From Chrysomallon squamiferum (taxonomy: Eukaryota; Animalia; Mollusca), in contig CM022671.1 in assembly GCA_012295275.1 (NCBI GenBank), positions 5,518,001-5,582,000 on the forward strand: DNA of 64,000 nucleotides, in the 5' to 3' direction. A program made the translations under genes and the position numbers. The notes beneath the pieces were generated by a model that was not told the DNA's origin, searched no databases, and saw only the letters and a program-made list of their open reading frames with translations. Of the stretch, positions 1-14,429 are shown in pieces. Every line of letters begins with the position of its first letter. The first letter of the stretch is position 1.

Positions 1-3000
1 TTACAGTACAGACAATAATTGTTATAGTACTGAGAATAATTGTTGAGTAAAGATAATAATTGATGAGTACAGTTAATTGTTAAGAAATTTTGCCATACAT
101 TGTTAATGATGGATTACTAACTCTACTGTTGTAATAGAAATTTAAACAAATTAAAACATTTTTCTTAACTTAAAATAATAAATTTAACTCAATTTAAAAC
201 TTAAATTTACAAATAATTGATACTCCCTTTTCTGGTGTATAGCACATCCTTACATTACATAATACAGGCATATTGTTAAATTGTTGTTAATATATTGTCG
301 TATAGTATTACAGCATTATTTTTCTAACTGATTCTTTACCAAAACTCAGAATTTTACAGTGTAAAGTAAATACTTCATACAGAAACTAATAATATTGGCT
401 CAGATTCTTATAGCACTGGCTAAAACTTTATAATCCAAACTCATGTTCTTGTTGTACCAACTAAATTTAAATACTTTTGTGGATCAGTGTGTTGACAAAA
501 AACAATTTAAATAATTTTGTGGATCAGTTATTAATCAGTGTGTTGATAATCCTACCCCTCTGCTCCTCCTATGTCCCCACCCCAGAACTGTGTATAGATG
601 TGAAAGGTTTCATGTTGTGCTCAACGTAATAAAGTGTACTGTACTAATTTAAAATGTGCCGTTAAAACAGAACATTAATAGCATAATAGAAACAGTTATT
701 GAAGCTACCTTGAAGAACAAACCGTGGAACAAAATAACAAACTTAGTAATCATTAGGATGGAGAATGCAGTTGTTATAATAATAATAATAATAGTAACAG
801 CAACGTAATATTAAAAATAATAAAATAATACAGTTTTTGGTTATATAAATAGAATGAGTTATCTTCTCCTGATTTAGATTTACACTGATTTTGAAACAGG
901 CTCTGGCAGTTAAATTATTGTTTTTAATGTCCTTGTTAATTTCTATTTACTATTTTTTTTTTTTATTATTAATTTATGTTTCAAAAGATTGAAGTAATAA
1001 AGAATATTACAGTGCATAACCAGACAAATATAGATTCCACTTTCTTCATTGGAACATTATTATTACTGTTGTTGTTAGTTATTATTATTATTTGTTATTA
1101 GTATTAAAACTGCTTTTGTAATATTATAATTATTATTATAACTTCTATCATCATTAGTGTTATCCGTTATTATCATTACTATTATTATTATATTATTATT
1201 ATTTATTTATTTATTATCAAAGCACAAAAGAAAAGCATTTGGTTTATTGACATCAGTAAATGGTCTTTGTTCCAGAATGTTGACATAACACCATATTTTA
1301 ACAAATAATATCATAGGGCACGTGCAAATACCTGTTTTAATATGCCATTCAACACTTAGCTGTATATATTTGTCAACTGATTTATATGTGTGTTTATATA
1401 TATATATATATCTTTTTGTTCTTGTTGCTTTTTTTTCTAATTTATTTTTAAACTCTAACATTCCGGTTACTAATTTGGAATTTTTTATTTTATAAAAAAA
1501 AAAAATTGAATTTTGTTAAGTTGGTTTGTTTTCAGAAAATTGTGATGCCAAGATTTAGCTTTAGTTCTTAATATTCGAGGTGTTTTAATGTTTTTTGTGT
1601 TTGTTTTTCTGTTTGGAAAACAGTGATAGCCTACAACCAATTTGCATAGTTATTAGTGGGCTCAGCATCTTAGGATACAAATAAACTGTGACCAGGCTTG
1701 AATGAAATACAAGTGGAAGGCATTTATACATAATTAGACATGTGATAACTTCCAATGGATGTTGAAGTGTAAACGTTGTGGGCTCTGTAGTGATCTGTTT
1801 TGATACATTTAACAAGGATGGTATTGAAAAAAGTGTTAACAGTTCACACATTTAATGGTGAATTCATTCTGGTTAAAACTATGTCTGAACATTCATCAGG
1901 AAATGTATGACAAGAAGATATAAATTGAAATGTTTTTTGTTAAGAGATATTGGATAGAAAAAAAAATTGTTTAATACAACTTTGTTTAGTGGGGTGTTTT
2001 GTTTTTTAAGTAATTATTATGATTATTATTATTTTTTTAATATATATATTTTTTAAATGTTTGTTACAGTTGTGATATTTTGAGTCATTTTTGTTATTGT
2101 TCAAAACCAGTACTTTTTAAATTAAGTTTTGGGGCCTATTTTATGATTATTATTATTTATTTATTTATTTTAAAAACAAACTGAAATGAACTTAAATGAA
2201 ATAAATTAAAATGCAAGTAAAAGATAAAAAAATATTTATGTATATAACTGTAAAAAAAAAAAATTCATTTCAAATTGATGTTGTACAAAATTAAGTTATT
2301 TTTCAATTTTTCAATTGTTTTTTAATTTTTCGGCTGTTTATTTGATTACGCTAACATTCTCTCTGTTAACATCATTCCTTTGTTATCTTTACTTTTACCT
2401 CAAAACACAGAGCAGTGTTAAAGAGTATCTGTGATGTTAAAATAGCCTTGATATGTTTTTTTTTCATACTTCCAAGTTGTCGTATTGTTCCTAGCTATCA
2501 ACCTTTACTAACAACAAAGTATGATATAAAGAAAATAAACTTCATAGAGACTACCACTTTACAACTTTTAATGTCATTTTTGAACATGGTATTTTAATGT
2601 TAATAAAAATATTAGTAACAGTACTAGTAGTAATATTTATTTATTAATTCATTTTTGTTTTTGATGTCCTCAGAAAATTGTCTTACCACTATTACAACTA
2701 TTACTGATACTGCTACTGCAGAAACTACTACTACTAGTAAATAAGTTAATTAATATTAATTAATAATAATAAAATGAAATAATAATGTAAAAGAAAGAAA
2801 AAATGAATGCACGAATTCATCTCTCCATACTTGTTAATTTACAGTCATCCTTTATTGTTAACAAAGGTTGGTTTCATGAACCAAATATTCACTTGGAATT
2901 ATACACAGGTATTAAACTATAGTGAAGATCACCACAAGTACAATATAATTTTTTGTTTGGTGTGTATATATATAAACATAAATGTGTTTATTTATTGATG

Positions 3001-4342
3001 GTTTAAAATGTAAATAATATGAAATGACAGTGCAATCATGATTAATTTATGAAATGTGTTAAAAAATAACAAATAACCACATTATTAATATTTGCTTGTT
3101 TTTTCTGTTTTGACTAATGTGTACTAAAATTCTAAATAATATATTTTATGATTAAAACAAATTGTTAGATTTGCCAGTGTTTTAATTGATTTATTTTGTA
3201 ACATGTTTTTATTTTTAGTAATACATACATGCATACGTACATACATCATGCAACACATATAAATACACACACACATACTCGCTTACATTCAGACTAAAAA
3301 CAGTTTATAAAAAAAAAAAATAATAACATAAGAACATCAAAACAAAACAAAATGTTAACTATTTGTTACCAGTTTGTTGAAAGTATAATTTCTAAGTAGG
3401 AAATATTAATTTCCTGGGTTACCTTCACAACCAACAATAAACACTAGTATATGTAGTCTTGTCCAGCAATGTGCTTGTGTAAAAAAATTAGTTTGCTGAC
3501 TGGAATGTAGACTGCTTTCTCTAATGAAATTTGATTTCTTATGAGGTAAAATACACATAAATAAAACAAATGTTGCTGTTGAGAAAGAAAAATGTACATT
3601 TTCTTTGCAGACTGCATGTTGACGTAACAATATTCTGCACGTCCAGCAACGAATTCGAAAAAAATGAAGCAATGTTCCATGCTGTGTTTGACCATTTTAT
3701 TTAATAATTTTAATGGATACAGTATTGTCTGTCTGTTTGCTAAGATCTTTATCATAGACATTATTTAGAATTGAATATACGTATATTAAATACGGAATAC
3801 AGTCTATACACCACGGAATACAAAATACTTAAATCGCAATACGTTTCGCCTCTGGCCTGGGTCTCTGCACTTGGCTGTTCCGAAGTATTACGTATCTGTA
3901 TAAATATTCACTGTTTATAATCAAAACAAAAATTTAGACTGTTTTCCTTTTTAAATACCCTAAACCATTCAAGTAACACATGTTTCGTTGTTAAAGAAAC
4001 TTAAAGATGGTGCGTTGATACTTTCACATTCTCAGCCATATTTAACGTTTCCAAAACGAGGCTGGGTTAATCGCTAACCGAAGTAAACGTTTTGCCTATA
4101 CGGGTGAGTTATTGTTGCTATTGGCAACCTGGTACTTCTAACTCGTGCAGATCCTGAAAAAATAAAGTAAAGAAAAAAAAAAACAGAGTTTATTCAGGAA
4201 TATATGTTAAAAAAGAAAACAAACAAAACAACAACCAACCCTTCTCCGTCCCAACCCCACAAAAAAAAAAAAAAAAAAAAAAAAAACAACAACAATAAAA
4301 AAAAAGACCCAAAACAACAACAACAACAATAAAACAACAACA

Positions 4343-4381
<39 letters not shown>

Positions 4382-4505
4382 CCCCCCCCCCCCACAAAAA
4401 AAATCCCAGTTACTGAAAAATGTATTCAAGCGGCGTCTACAGCTTTCTCATTTTTGTATAAACAAAACAAAAACTAGTTACGTAGAAAATCAGTCACCTG
4501 GCAGA

Positions 4506-4739
4506 CTATTCGGATACAAAGCCGCCTGCTTGTTGGAATCGTTTGTCGGCGTACTGTTTGATGTTTGTGAGGATCAGTCGGTTGTTGGCAGGCTGTAGCA
4601 TCCGATAATTGTCAGTGATGAAGTGAGTCACGGGTTCTGTGTTGAAGGGTAAACTAGATGAGCTGGTATTCTCTCTTTTGTTAGGATACATGTGTTGTTG
4701 ATTGGAATAACTCTCAACTAGATTCTGTAACTGTCGTAC
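4506..4739 (-). CDS. Carbonic anhydrase exon 10 (last coding exon)
   Basis: VRQLQNL...[21 protein letters not shown]...FVSE-stop. Confidence 0.88.
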   Translation of the reverse strand, partial: VRQLQNLVESYSNQQHMYPNKRENTSSSSLPFNTEPVTHFITDNYRMLQPANNRLILTNIKQYADKRFQQAGGFVSE

Positions 4740-4762
4740 CTGAATAATAATAATAATAATAA

Positions 4763-4793
<31 letters not shown>

Positions 4794-6004
4794 CAGACGA
4801 AGAATAACAACGATGACGACGACGACAACGTATAATGACGACGACGACGATGATGATGATGATGATGATGATAATAATAATAATAATAATAATTATTATT
4901 ATTATCATTATTATGATTAAAATTAAAACAATAACAGCAACATAAAGTACAAAATAACGATAACAACAACAACAACAACATATATTTTATACACCAACCT
5001 TTTCTAATAACAATGTATGACCACTTTATAAGAAGTCAATAAATATTTGCATAAATAAGTTATCATACCTTAAAATAAAATAAAATAAAATAAAATAAAA
5101 TATTGCTGTTGTAAGCGCAAACCTGAAATGTAGATAAAATCTGAATGTCGTCAAAAAGTGTCCAGATGACACTTTGATGACACGGGGGCGTGGTCAGGCT
5201 GCCATAGTAACGATAATATTCTGAACGTGCGTCGGGAATGAGGGTCTCAAGATTTATCCGATCCAGGTCAGCTGAGCTACCTGAATTTACAACAACAAAC
5301 TGTTACTAAATCCCCTGCAAGTCACCCACGATCTTAGTACCATCAAATTACCACATCTATAGTCACCCATGATCTTAGTACCATCAAATTACCACATCCA
5401 TAGTCACCCATGATTTTAGTACCATCACCTTACCACAGCCATTGTCACCCATGATTTTAGTACCATCACCTTACTACAACCACAGTCACCCATGATCTTA
5501 GTACCATCACCTTACCACAGCCATTGTCACCCACTGATTTTAGTACCATCACCTTACCACAGCCATTGTCACCCACGATTTTAGTACCATCACCTTACCA
5601 CAGCCATTGTCACCCATGTCATCTCAGCACCGACAAAGTCACCCAAGATTTTAATACAATTAGGGTACTACTGATACTTTGCTACAGTACCACTACAATA
5701 ACTAATATGGTATCACTACTACTGATACTATCACTGTTGCTACTACTTCTATTTTTATTTCTACTACTACTACTACTACTACTATTACTATTACTACTAT
5801 TACTACTTTTTTTTTTCTTAATATTCTAGGCCACTATACTTTTACGACCTTATTCCTCTGAATTGTTAAGTCTAAAAACAGTCTCCTGTACTGCATTAAT
5901 AATGATTATTTTCAGTGCACATTACATTTGCACGGGCGCTTATAAATACATGCTTGCGGGATTATATATACAAACATACACACTCGGATAAGTAATGCAT
6001 ATAA

Positions 6005-6053
<49 letters not shown>

Positions 6054-6311
6054 ACAAAAAAAAAAAACAAAAAACCCCCCACAACAACTGCAATTACATA
6101 TAATATAGCCATAACGTTTTAAATAATGAAGTTTATATATAAATACTAAAGAACAAAAAATACCTGGGTATCTACAACGTTTCAGTCCTTCTTCGATTGG
6201 TCTAAAGAAGGGATTGTACGTTCGCTGATAGAACAAAATAGTAACAAAAATAATACGTTAATTATTCAGTTTGATTTACAGTTTAGAATTAAACAGTGAG
6301 AGAGAGAGAGC

Positions 6312-6373
<62 letters not shown>

Positions 6374-7960
6374 GAGAGATGGACAGATGAATGTAGAGAG
6401 AGAAACTGTGAAAGAGAGAGAGAGAGATACAGAGAACGTATAGATAGATACAAAGCGATAAAACTGTCATAAAATCAAGTATTGAGTTACTTCCCTTTTC
6501 CATCAGTCTCCTGAACTTGTTTTGGAAAATTCTTACTTAATGTTTTTATATAAATAAACACGACCTAAAGCATAAATGTTTTGCTGAGCTCAAGAGGCAA
6601 CAAACGTTTGTCATTCATGCTTGCTCATGTGTTCACATTATAGCACAGGCTCACGGCCTCTTTAACAAAAATACTTCAGATTTAGGAATATGAGGACATA
6701 TCCTTTGAATGTTTCTAAACACAAATTACGTGTATAAGTTATATACGACCTGTACTGATATTCTTTCTTGATTTTTTTTTTATATATATTATTTTTATTT
6801 CTTTTCAGCATGAAATGAACTTTGTTTACGCTATGCCATTCGAAAACTGTATAAAGTCTAAACCGTTACGGCTTTTCGGAAACAGTTTCGACATTTCGAA
6901 ATTTCGGATAAAGGATCCTCAGCCTGTAGCGTATTTTAAGTGTGAGTAAAAATGTTTACTTAACTCAAATCTTGTGTAAAAAAACAGCAAAACAACTCAC
7001 GTCTTGTATAGAGAAGAAAACCGCGAAAACAGCGAGACCATCTCGATAACGCATGGCGTTTGTCACGTTTCCGTAGCGGGAAGCGTAATTGACAATGTGC
7101 ATCTATGAACAAAACAAACCGTGGAAGAGAAGAACAGAAATAATTCCATTGATTACAACACACGACCTATAGGAATTTAATCTGAACGTAACCCATTGTT
7201 TTTAAAACAGAAATAATGTCATTAATTACAATACACGACCTATTTAATCTGAACGTAACTTATTGTTTTTAAAACAGAAATAATGTCATTGATTACAATA
7301 CACGACCTATAGGAATTTAATCTGAACTAACCCATTGTTTTTAAAACAGAAAGTAATCATTTATTTTAAAACAGAAAGTACGTCATTAATGTTAGAACAA
7401 AAAGAAGGTCATTGATTTTACAAAAAAAGAACATATTTAGTTTTAAGACATAATTATGTATTATTAATTAAATCTTTATGAAAATTACTAATGCGTTGTC
7501 TTTTTATAGTTTATGCTCACGAACAGTATTGAATTAAAATACGTTTTTATCTTTTTATTTCATAAATTACTCTTGACAACAAGAAACAATTTGATAGTGC
7601 TTGATATGAACACGATATTTTGAGGTATATTGATTACTCTCTTGTATATCTAAAAAAAAAGAGAAGATATTTAACATTTAAAAAGATAATAATAAGACTG
7701 CAGATATAATAATTGAAAAAAAAAATCGTTATGTCAAAGTGTCTAGTGTGTACTGCACCTCAAGTGGGAATTTAATTCCGTTGACAGCGTGTTCAGATCC
7801 CACGTGCTCTCTGCTCCAGTGGAAGTGAATGTTGGAAACCGTGTACTCCCCGCTCAGTCCGCCCCCCGTCACTTTCATGTTCTCTGTCACTGATATACTG
7901 GCTGCAGAAACACATAGTGGGGTGAAGTAGTATGTGCTTGTTTTATATTGTGTGTGTGTG

Positions 7961-7995
<35 letters not shown>

Positions 7996-8211
7996 GTGTC
8001 CGTCTGTTAGAGATAGTGACAGCTATATACACACTACATTGATAGATACCTAGATAGAGAGAAGGACGGATGAATAGGATAGATGGACAGATGAATGGAT
8101 AGATACATAGCTAGGTAGGTAGGCAGCTACGAAGAAGTGTCCGGACGTAGGTAAGCCTATAGATAGATAGATAGATAGGTAGGTAGGTAGATAGATAGGT
8201 TGATAGATAGG

Positions 8212-8250
<39 letters not shown>

Positions 8251-8281
8251 GTAGATAGATAGGTTAATAGATAGATAGGTT

Positions 8282-8314
<33 letters not shown>

Positions 8315-10225
8315 GTAGGTAGATAGATAGGTTGATAGGTTGATAGATAGGTAGATAGATAGGTAGATAGATAGATAGATAGATAGATATAGGTAGTTAG
8401 ATAGATAGGTTGATAGATAGACAGACAGATACAAAGACAGACACACAGACATAAGACAAACAGATAGTATCTCAAGTAAATTCAAATAATCAAAAGGACT
8501 AATTTTGAGGTATCTGTATTCATGCGCACGCCTTTATTACGTGTAAATAAACAATTATTAAACCCAAAATTACCCAGTCATATATTTATATATATAAAAA
8601 ATATATATATTTTCTGTTGTTGAGTTTTTTGTGTGTTTTTTTTTTTGTTTGTTTTACCTGTGTATTATCCAGTCTTATGTTTATATATATATAATAAATA
8701 TAATAATATATATATATTTTATTATTATTATTATTATTATTATTAATTGTTTTTTTTTACCTGTGTGCCCATTGTTCTGCATCTTAAATAAAGTTTTTGT
8801 CCCGTTGAAACCTGTGAATGTGAAAGGTCCCAGTTCTGAGGTATAGACGACATTGCTGTCCAGGATATTTATAGGAGACTGCCGGTTTCCTACACAAGTA
8901 GGATACAGCCTAGACCACTCCTCAGTTCCTGAAACACGATTTTAAAATAAACTGTAAAAATAAAATATAACTGCAAAATAATGTAAATATTAAAAAGAGC
9001 AATATTTGTAAAGAAAGTTAAATAAATGAATAATACATTTAATTATTGTAAATTGAAATGAAGGAAAGCCAAAAAAAAAATAAAAATAAAAATAAAAATA
9101 AAAATAAAAATAAAAATAAATAAATAAAAATAAAAAAGAGAGATAAAATCAACTGTATGTAAAATAAAAAAGAAGGCATGAAAGGAAAGGAAGACAAAGT
9201 GAAAGTGAAAGTGAAATTAAATAAAATGATACTAAAGCAGAGATAAAGTAAAATTAAGATTATGTGAAAATAAACTTAAATGAAAATAATGTGAAACGAA
9301 AATTTAAATAAAATTACATAACAAATTGGAAGAAAGTAACACTTTAGTAAAGAGAGAGAAAAAAAACGCGATGTCGATTAAGTGAAAGTGAAAGTGAAAG
9401 TAAGAATGTGATAAATAACTGATTTATATTACTGTTCAGATGTTTTTACCAATATGCTCAAGATCTCCTCTGTAAGCCCAGGCACTTTTAATGACTCCAT
9501 TTTGTGGACCTGAAACAGAAAATAAACCCACAACAGAACTAAACTTTTGTACATTTACCTTCATTTTGAGGTTGCTTTCATCAAACCATTTTTCAGAGCT
9601 TATAATATTAACTTCTTTTCTCACGTTTAAAATTTTAATTTTTTTTTTTATATTTTTTTTTTTAAAAATATATTATTAAGATAAGTTAAATTTAAGTTAA
9701 ATTTAGAAAACATCTGATTTATTATGATCTTGTGTTCAAGACTTTTTTGGATATAATTATAAATATCTGGTTAACAGAATACATTTAAAGTTCGGTATGA
9801 TTATATTTTTTCCATTGGTTATACACATTTATTACAAACTTTTTCGATATTAATTCTAAACAAATTTCAGTATATTTTAAAATGATAATGAAAACAACAA
9901 CAACAACAACAACAACAGCACTAATAATAAAGAATAATAAGAAGATGAACAACAATAACAATAAGTAAGTAAATAAATAAATAAATAAATAAAAGAAACG
10001 TTAAAACAGAACTCACGTTGGATATACCTTACAGAAGCTGAAATAGAATGAATATAACACAATATAATACAATACAGTACAATACAATACAACACAATGA
10101 AACTGTATTGTATGTAACGTAATTTAATATAATTAATATAAAAGTAATAACTGTCGCATAATATATAATACAAATATATGATACCGAATACAAATAATAC
10201 AACGTAACGTAACGTAACTTTATGA

Positions 10226-10281
<56 letters not shown>

Positions 10282-10563
10282 AATAATAATAGTAATAAGT
10301 CGAGTTAAATGTATAAAATTTTTTTAAAAATTAAGCTTTAAGTGTACGCTCACGCTCACGCACGCTCATGCACGTGCACACACATACATTGAAAACTGAA
10401 AGAAGAAAACATACGAACTAGTCCTGGTGCCAGAGTTCCAGGTTTCATCTCCGGGTCATATCGCACAAGAATATTGTCTTGATGTCCAATCGAGTTTTCT
10501 GAACTGAATTCTAAAAATAATAAACATTAATTAAAAATAATTAATTAATTAATTAATTAATTA

Positions 10564-10654
<91 letters not shown>

Positions 10655-10737
10655 CAACCAACAACAACAACAACGACGACGACAACAATAATAACAAAAT
10701 AATAGCAGCAACAATAATTATAATAATAACGATACCG

Positions 10738-10792
<55 letters not shown>

Positions 10793-11468
10793 TAATAATA
10801 ATAATAATAATAAAATAACGATAATAATAATAATAATAATAATAATAAAATAACGATAATAACAATAAAAACAATAATCATAATAATGATAATAATAATA
10901 ATGATAATAACAATGATGACGACGATAATCATCATAATGATAATAATAATAATATCAAACTGGAACCTTAACGATAGATCAAAGCACAAAACTACAAAAA
11001 GGAAGAAACATTAAATGAAAATTTAAAAAAAAACGAAAACTGAACGAAAACGCCGACGAATATATACAAAAACCTGGATTCCTTGATTAAAAATAGCAGT
11101 AATAAATAAATTATTCTGACACTTTCATACACCATTTTTAACGTATAATGGGTGGCATGGCGACCTGTGAGGCATTTTTAGCTACAGGTGAAATATACAT
11201 AAGTGTCAAGATTGATACTAACTTCTGAAGCTTGTTGAGTCTGCCACTTTTGACAGCAGACGGATACCGCTTGAGTTAGGAGAAGTCTGACAGGATCGTT
11301 TTAATCGTGATGCAGAATGAATTACTGAGTAATGAGTAAGCGAAAAATCGACGGTTTTTAAGCTTGTAAGCCGAAAACACAAACACGTACATGTGTGTGT
11401 GTGTGTGTGCGTGTGTTTTGTCTGTTTTTGTACGGAGAGTGGTGTAATATATATATATATATATATAT

Positions 11469-11535
<67 letters not shown>

Positions 11536-11612
11536 ATTAATAATTATTAGAATATATATAATTATTAGTTCTATCTATTTAATCTATCAAAATATCTCTC
11601 TTTCTGTATGTA

Positions 11613-11643
<31 letters not shown>

Positions 11644-12034
11644 CTGAATGTATATATGTATGTATGTTTATTTGTTTGTCTATCTTTCTATTTATGTATG
11701 TATGTAGTTTAAGATTTGAATATTCTACGTCTGATTAGACTCCGCACATAGTCAGTATTTGGAAATGCGCTGGCGTAGGAGGAAGAAATAATCCAAACAC
11801 GACATCCCGTCAGACTACCTAAAAACAACCTTAAAAAAAATAAAAAAGGCGGCTCATAATCGAGGGTAATCATCGTTTCCCACGAAGCACGTCGTTCTTC
11901 ATGTCTTTCGTAATTTTTGTATGCATTTATCTTTTAGGTGGAAAACCTGTATCTGTGTATGTATGTATGTATGTATGTATGTATGAATGTATGAATGTAT
12001 GTACGTATGTATGTATATATGTATGTATGTATGA

Positions 12035-12067
<33 letters not shown>

Positions 12068-12543
12068 TGAATGTATGTACGTACTTATGTATGTATGTAT
12101 ATATGTATGTATGTATATATATATATGAATGTATGTACGTACGTATGTATGCATGTATATATGTATGTATGAATGTATGTATGTATATATGAATGTATGA
12201 ATATATGTACGTACGTATGTATGTATGTATGTATATATGTATGTATGTATGAATGTATGTATGTATATATGTATGTATGTATGAATTTATGTATGTATGT
12301 ATGTATGTTTGAATGTATGTATGTATTTATGTATGTATTTATGAATGTATGAATTATGTACGTACGTATGTATGTATGTATATATGTATGTATGTATGTA
12401 CGTATGTATGTATGTATGTATATATGAATGTATGAATGTATGTATATATGTATGTATGTATGAATTTATGTATGTATGTATGTATGTATGTATATATGAA
12501 TGTATGTACGTACTTATGTATGTATGTATATATATGTATGTAA

Positions 12544-12574
<31 letters not shown>

Positions 12575-13248
12575 TGTGTGTGTGTGAAGGTGTGTGTGTG
12601 TATGCATGTATGTATGTAGTTGTCTGTCTGTGTCTATCTGTCTGACTATGCATGTATATGTGTGTGCTGTATGTGTCTGTGTATGTTAGTGTTTATGTGT
12701 TAATTCGGCCACCAAATCAATGAATGATTTATTGACTTTGAGCAAACAATTTTTTTAAATGTTGAAAAAAAAAAAATAAAAAAATGAAAAAATAAAATAA
12801 AATACTACTACTACTAACTACTACTACTAACTAATAACTACTACTACTATGCGTAATAATATCTAATAATAATAATAATATAGTATATGTATATTATATA
12901 TAGTATATATAGTTCAAATTTCTCAAATCGTTTAGAGTATTTTTGTAAAAAGGCCAGTGGACATTTTAATTGTAAAGACATAAATTATAAATTAAATCTC
13001 CAGCAGGTACCACTTGATTACGCTGCAGTGCCTGTGTTGCTAATTTGATTCTAATGCAGGATATTATTATGCCGTGGGTTAAACATAATGGACACATTTA
13101 AACATAGCTTTAAAAAAATATATAATACGTCCATTATAATATGAAAATACGAGAGAGAGAGAAATATTTATAGATAGAAATATAGATAGATAGGTAGATA
13201 GATATATAGATAGATAGATGGATGGATGGATGGATGGATGGATGGATG

Positions 13249-13297
<49 letters not shown>

Positions 13298-14152
13298 ATA
13301 GAAATATAGATAGATAAATAGATAGATATGCTGATAAATGTGGATATAGACATAAACAGAAAGCAAAAGAGAAAGAAAATAGAGAAAGAGAAAGAGAGAT
13401 AGGAAAAAAAAAAAAATTCTATCGAATTTCAGAAGCAGTAGTTCTCGTTTTCGATTTGATTTGTTTCCCACATCAACTACAACAACAAGTTTTAATTAAA
13501 ATACCTCCACACCCCCCTTTTTTTTTTTTTTGTTAATCCAAAAAAAAATAACAATAATAAAAAAAAAAATTTAATATCTTTGCCGCTTACGATTCTTATC
13601 CGTGTGTTGAAAAGCAGACTTCATCGTCGACGTTTCGTGAAGACGTTTCTGCAGTCGCTCACGTTCCTCAAACATCTGCTGCCGACGCAGCTCCTCCGCA
13701 TGACTCGACTCGTGCAGAAACGTCAGATGCCGCACGTGACGCTCCCCGAGCCCGAACAGGCGTGCTTTGTTCTTGCTGACGTCATTGAGGAGCGACTTCG
13801 GGACGTCTGGGTGGGGGAACTTGAGGTGCACTCGCCTGAGTTGCACAGGGATGATCGGGGTCTGAATAACTCGTCTGACTGGCAGAGCCGGCAGGCGATT
13901 CTGAAGCGGCCCGTTCAAGCTGTTGAACTGGTTGAAATTCACTTTCTGGACGGGTATAAATCTCGGCTGTTGTGCCCCAACTCTCATCGGGTTCGGTAGG
14001 ATCTGGCCGTTGATCCGGCGAACGTTGAGTCGGCCGTTGACGAGCTGGTTTACCTGGACGATCTGCGGCTTTTGCCAGACGTTCGGGACGTTGTAGCGGG
14101 CGCTCTTCGGGTAAAAGAGGCGATACTGCGACGGCGGCTGGGAGACGTAGCG

Positions 14153-14183
<31 letters not shown>

Positions 14184-14375
14184 GCTCCCTGCATTGCGAC
14201 CTGCACGGGTCTGTTACCAGTCTCCAGAACTGGCATCCTCTGGTGGTTCAGAATCATTGGCGGAGCTGGAAAAGAAAGAGTTGTCGTAAAGTGTGATTCG
14301 TAAATAATAACCAATCAGTGAGCATTACGTCATACTGTAAGATGGAGATCATTGATAGTGCTTTAAAAGAATAAT

Positions 14376-14429
<54 letters not shown>

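Noticed and set aside
3406-3761. Two overlapping minus-strand ORFs (88 and 105 aa)
   Set aside because: AT-rich, no homology motifs; probably carbonic anhydrase 3' UTR or intergenic sequence
5321-5655. Regularly spaced repeat considered as a CRISPR array
   Set aside because: Head-to-tail 41-bp units with no unique spacers, inside a eukaryotic intron, no cas genes
4506-9509. Calling the carbonic anhydrase nacrein or an acatalytic CARP
   Set aside because: No internal Gly-Asn repeat, and all three zinc-binding histidines are present
13580-14296. Plus-strand ORFs of 139 and 74 aa
   Set aside because: Antisense shadows of carbonic anhydrase exon 2
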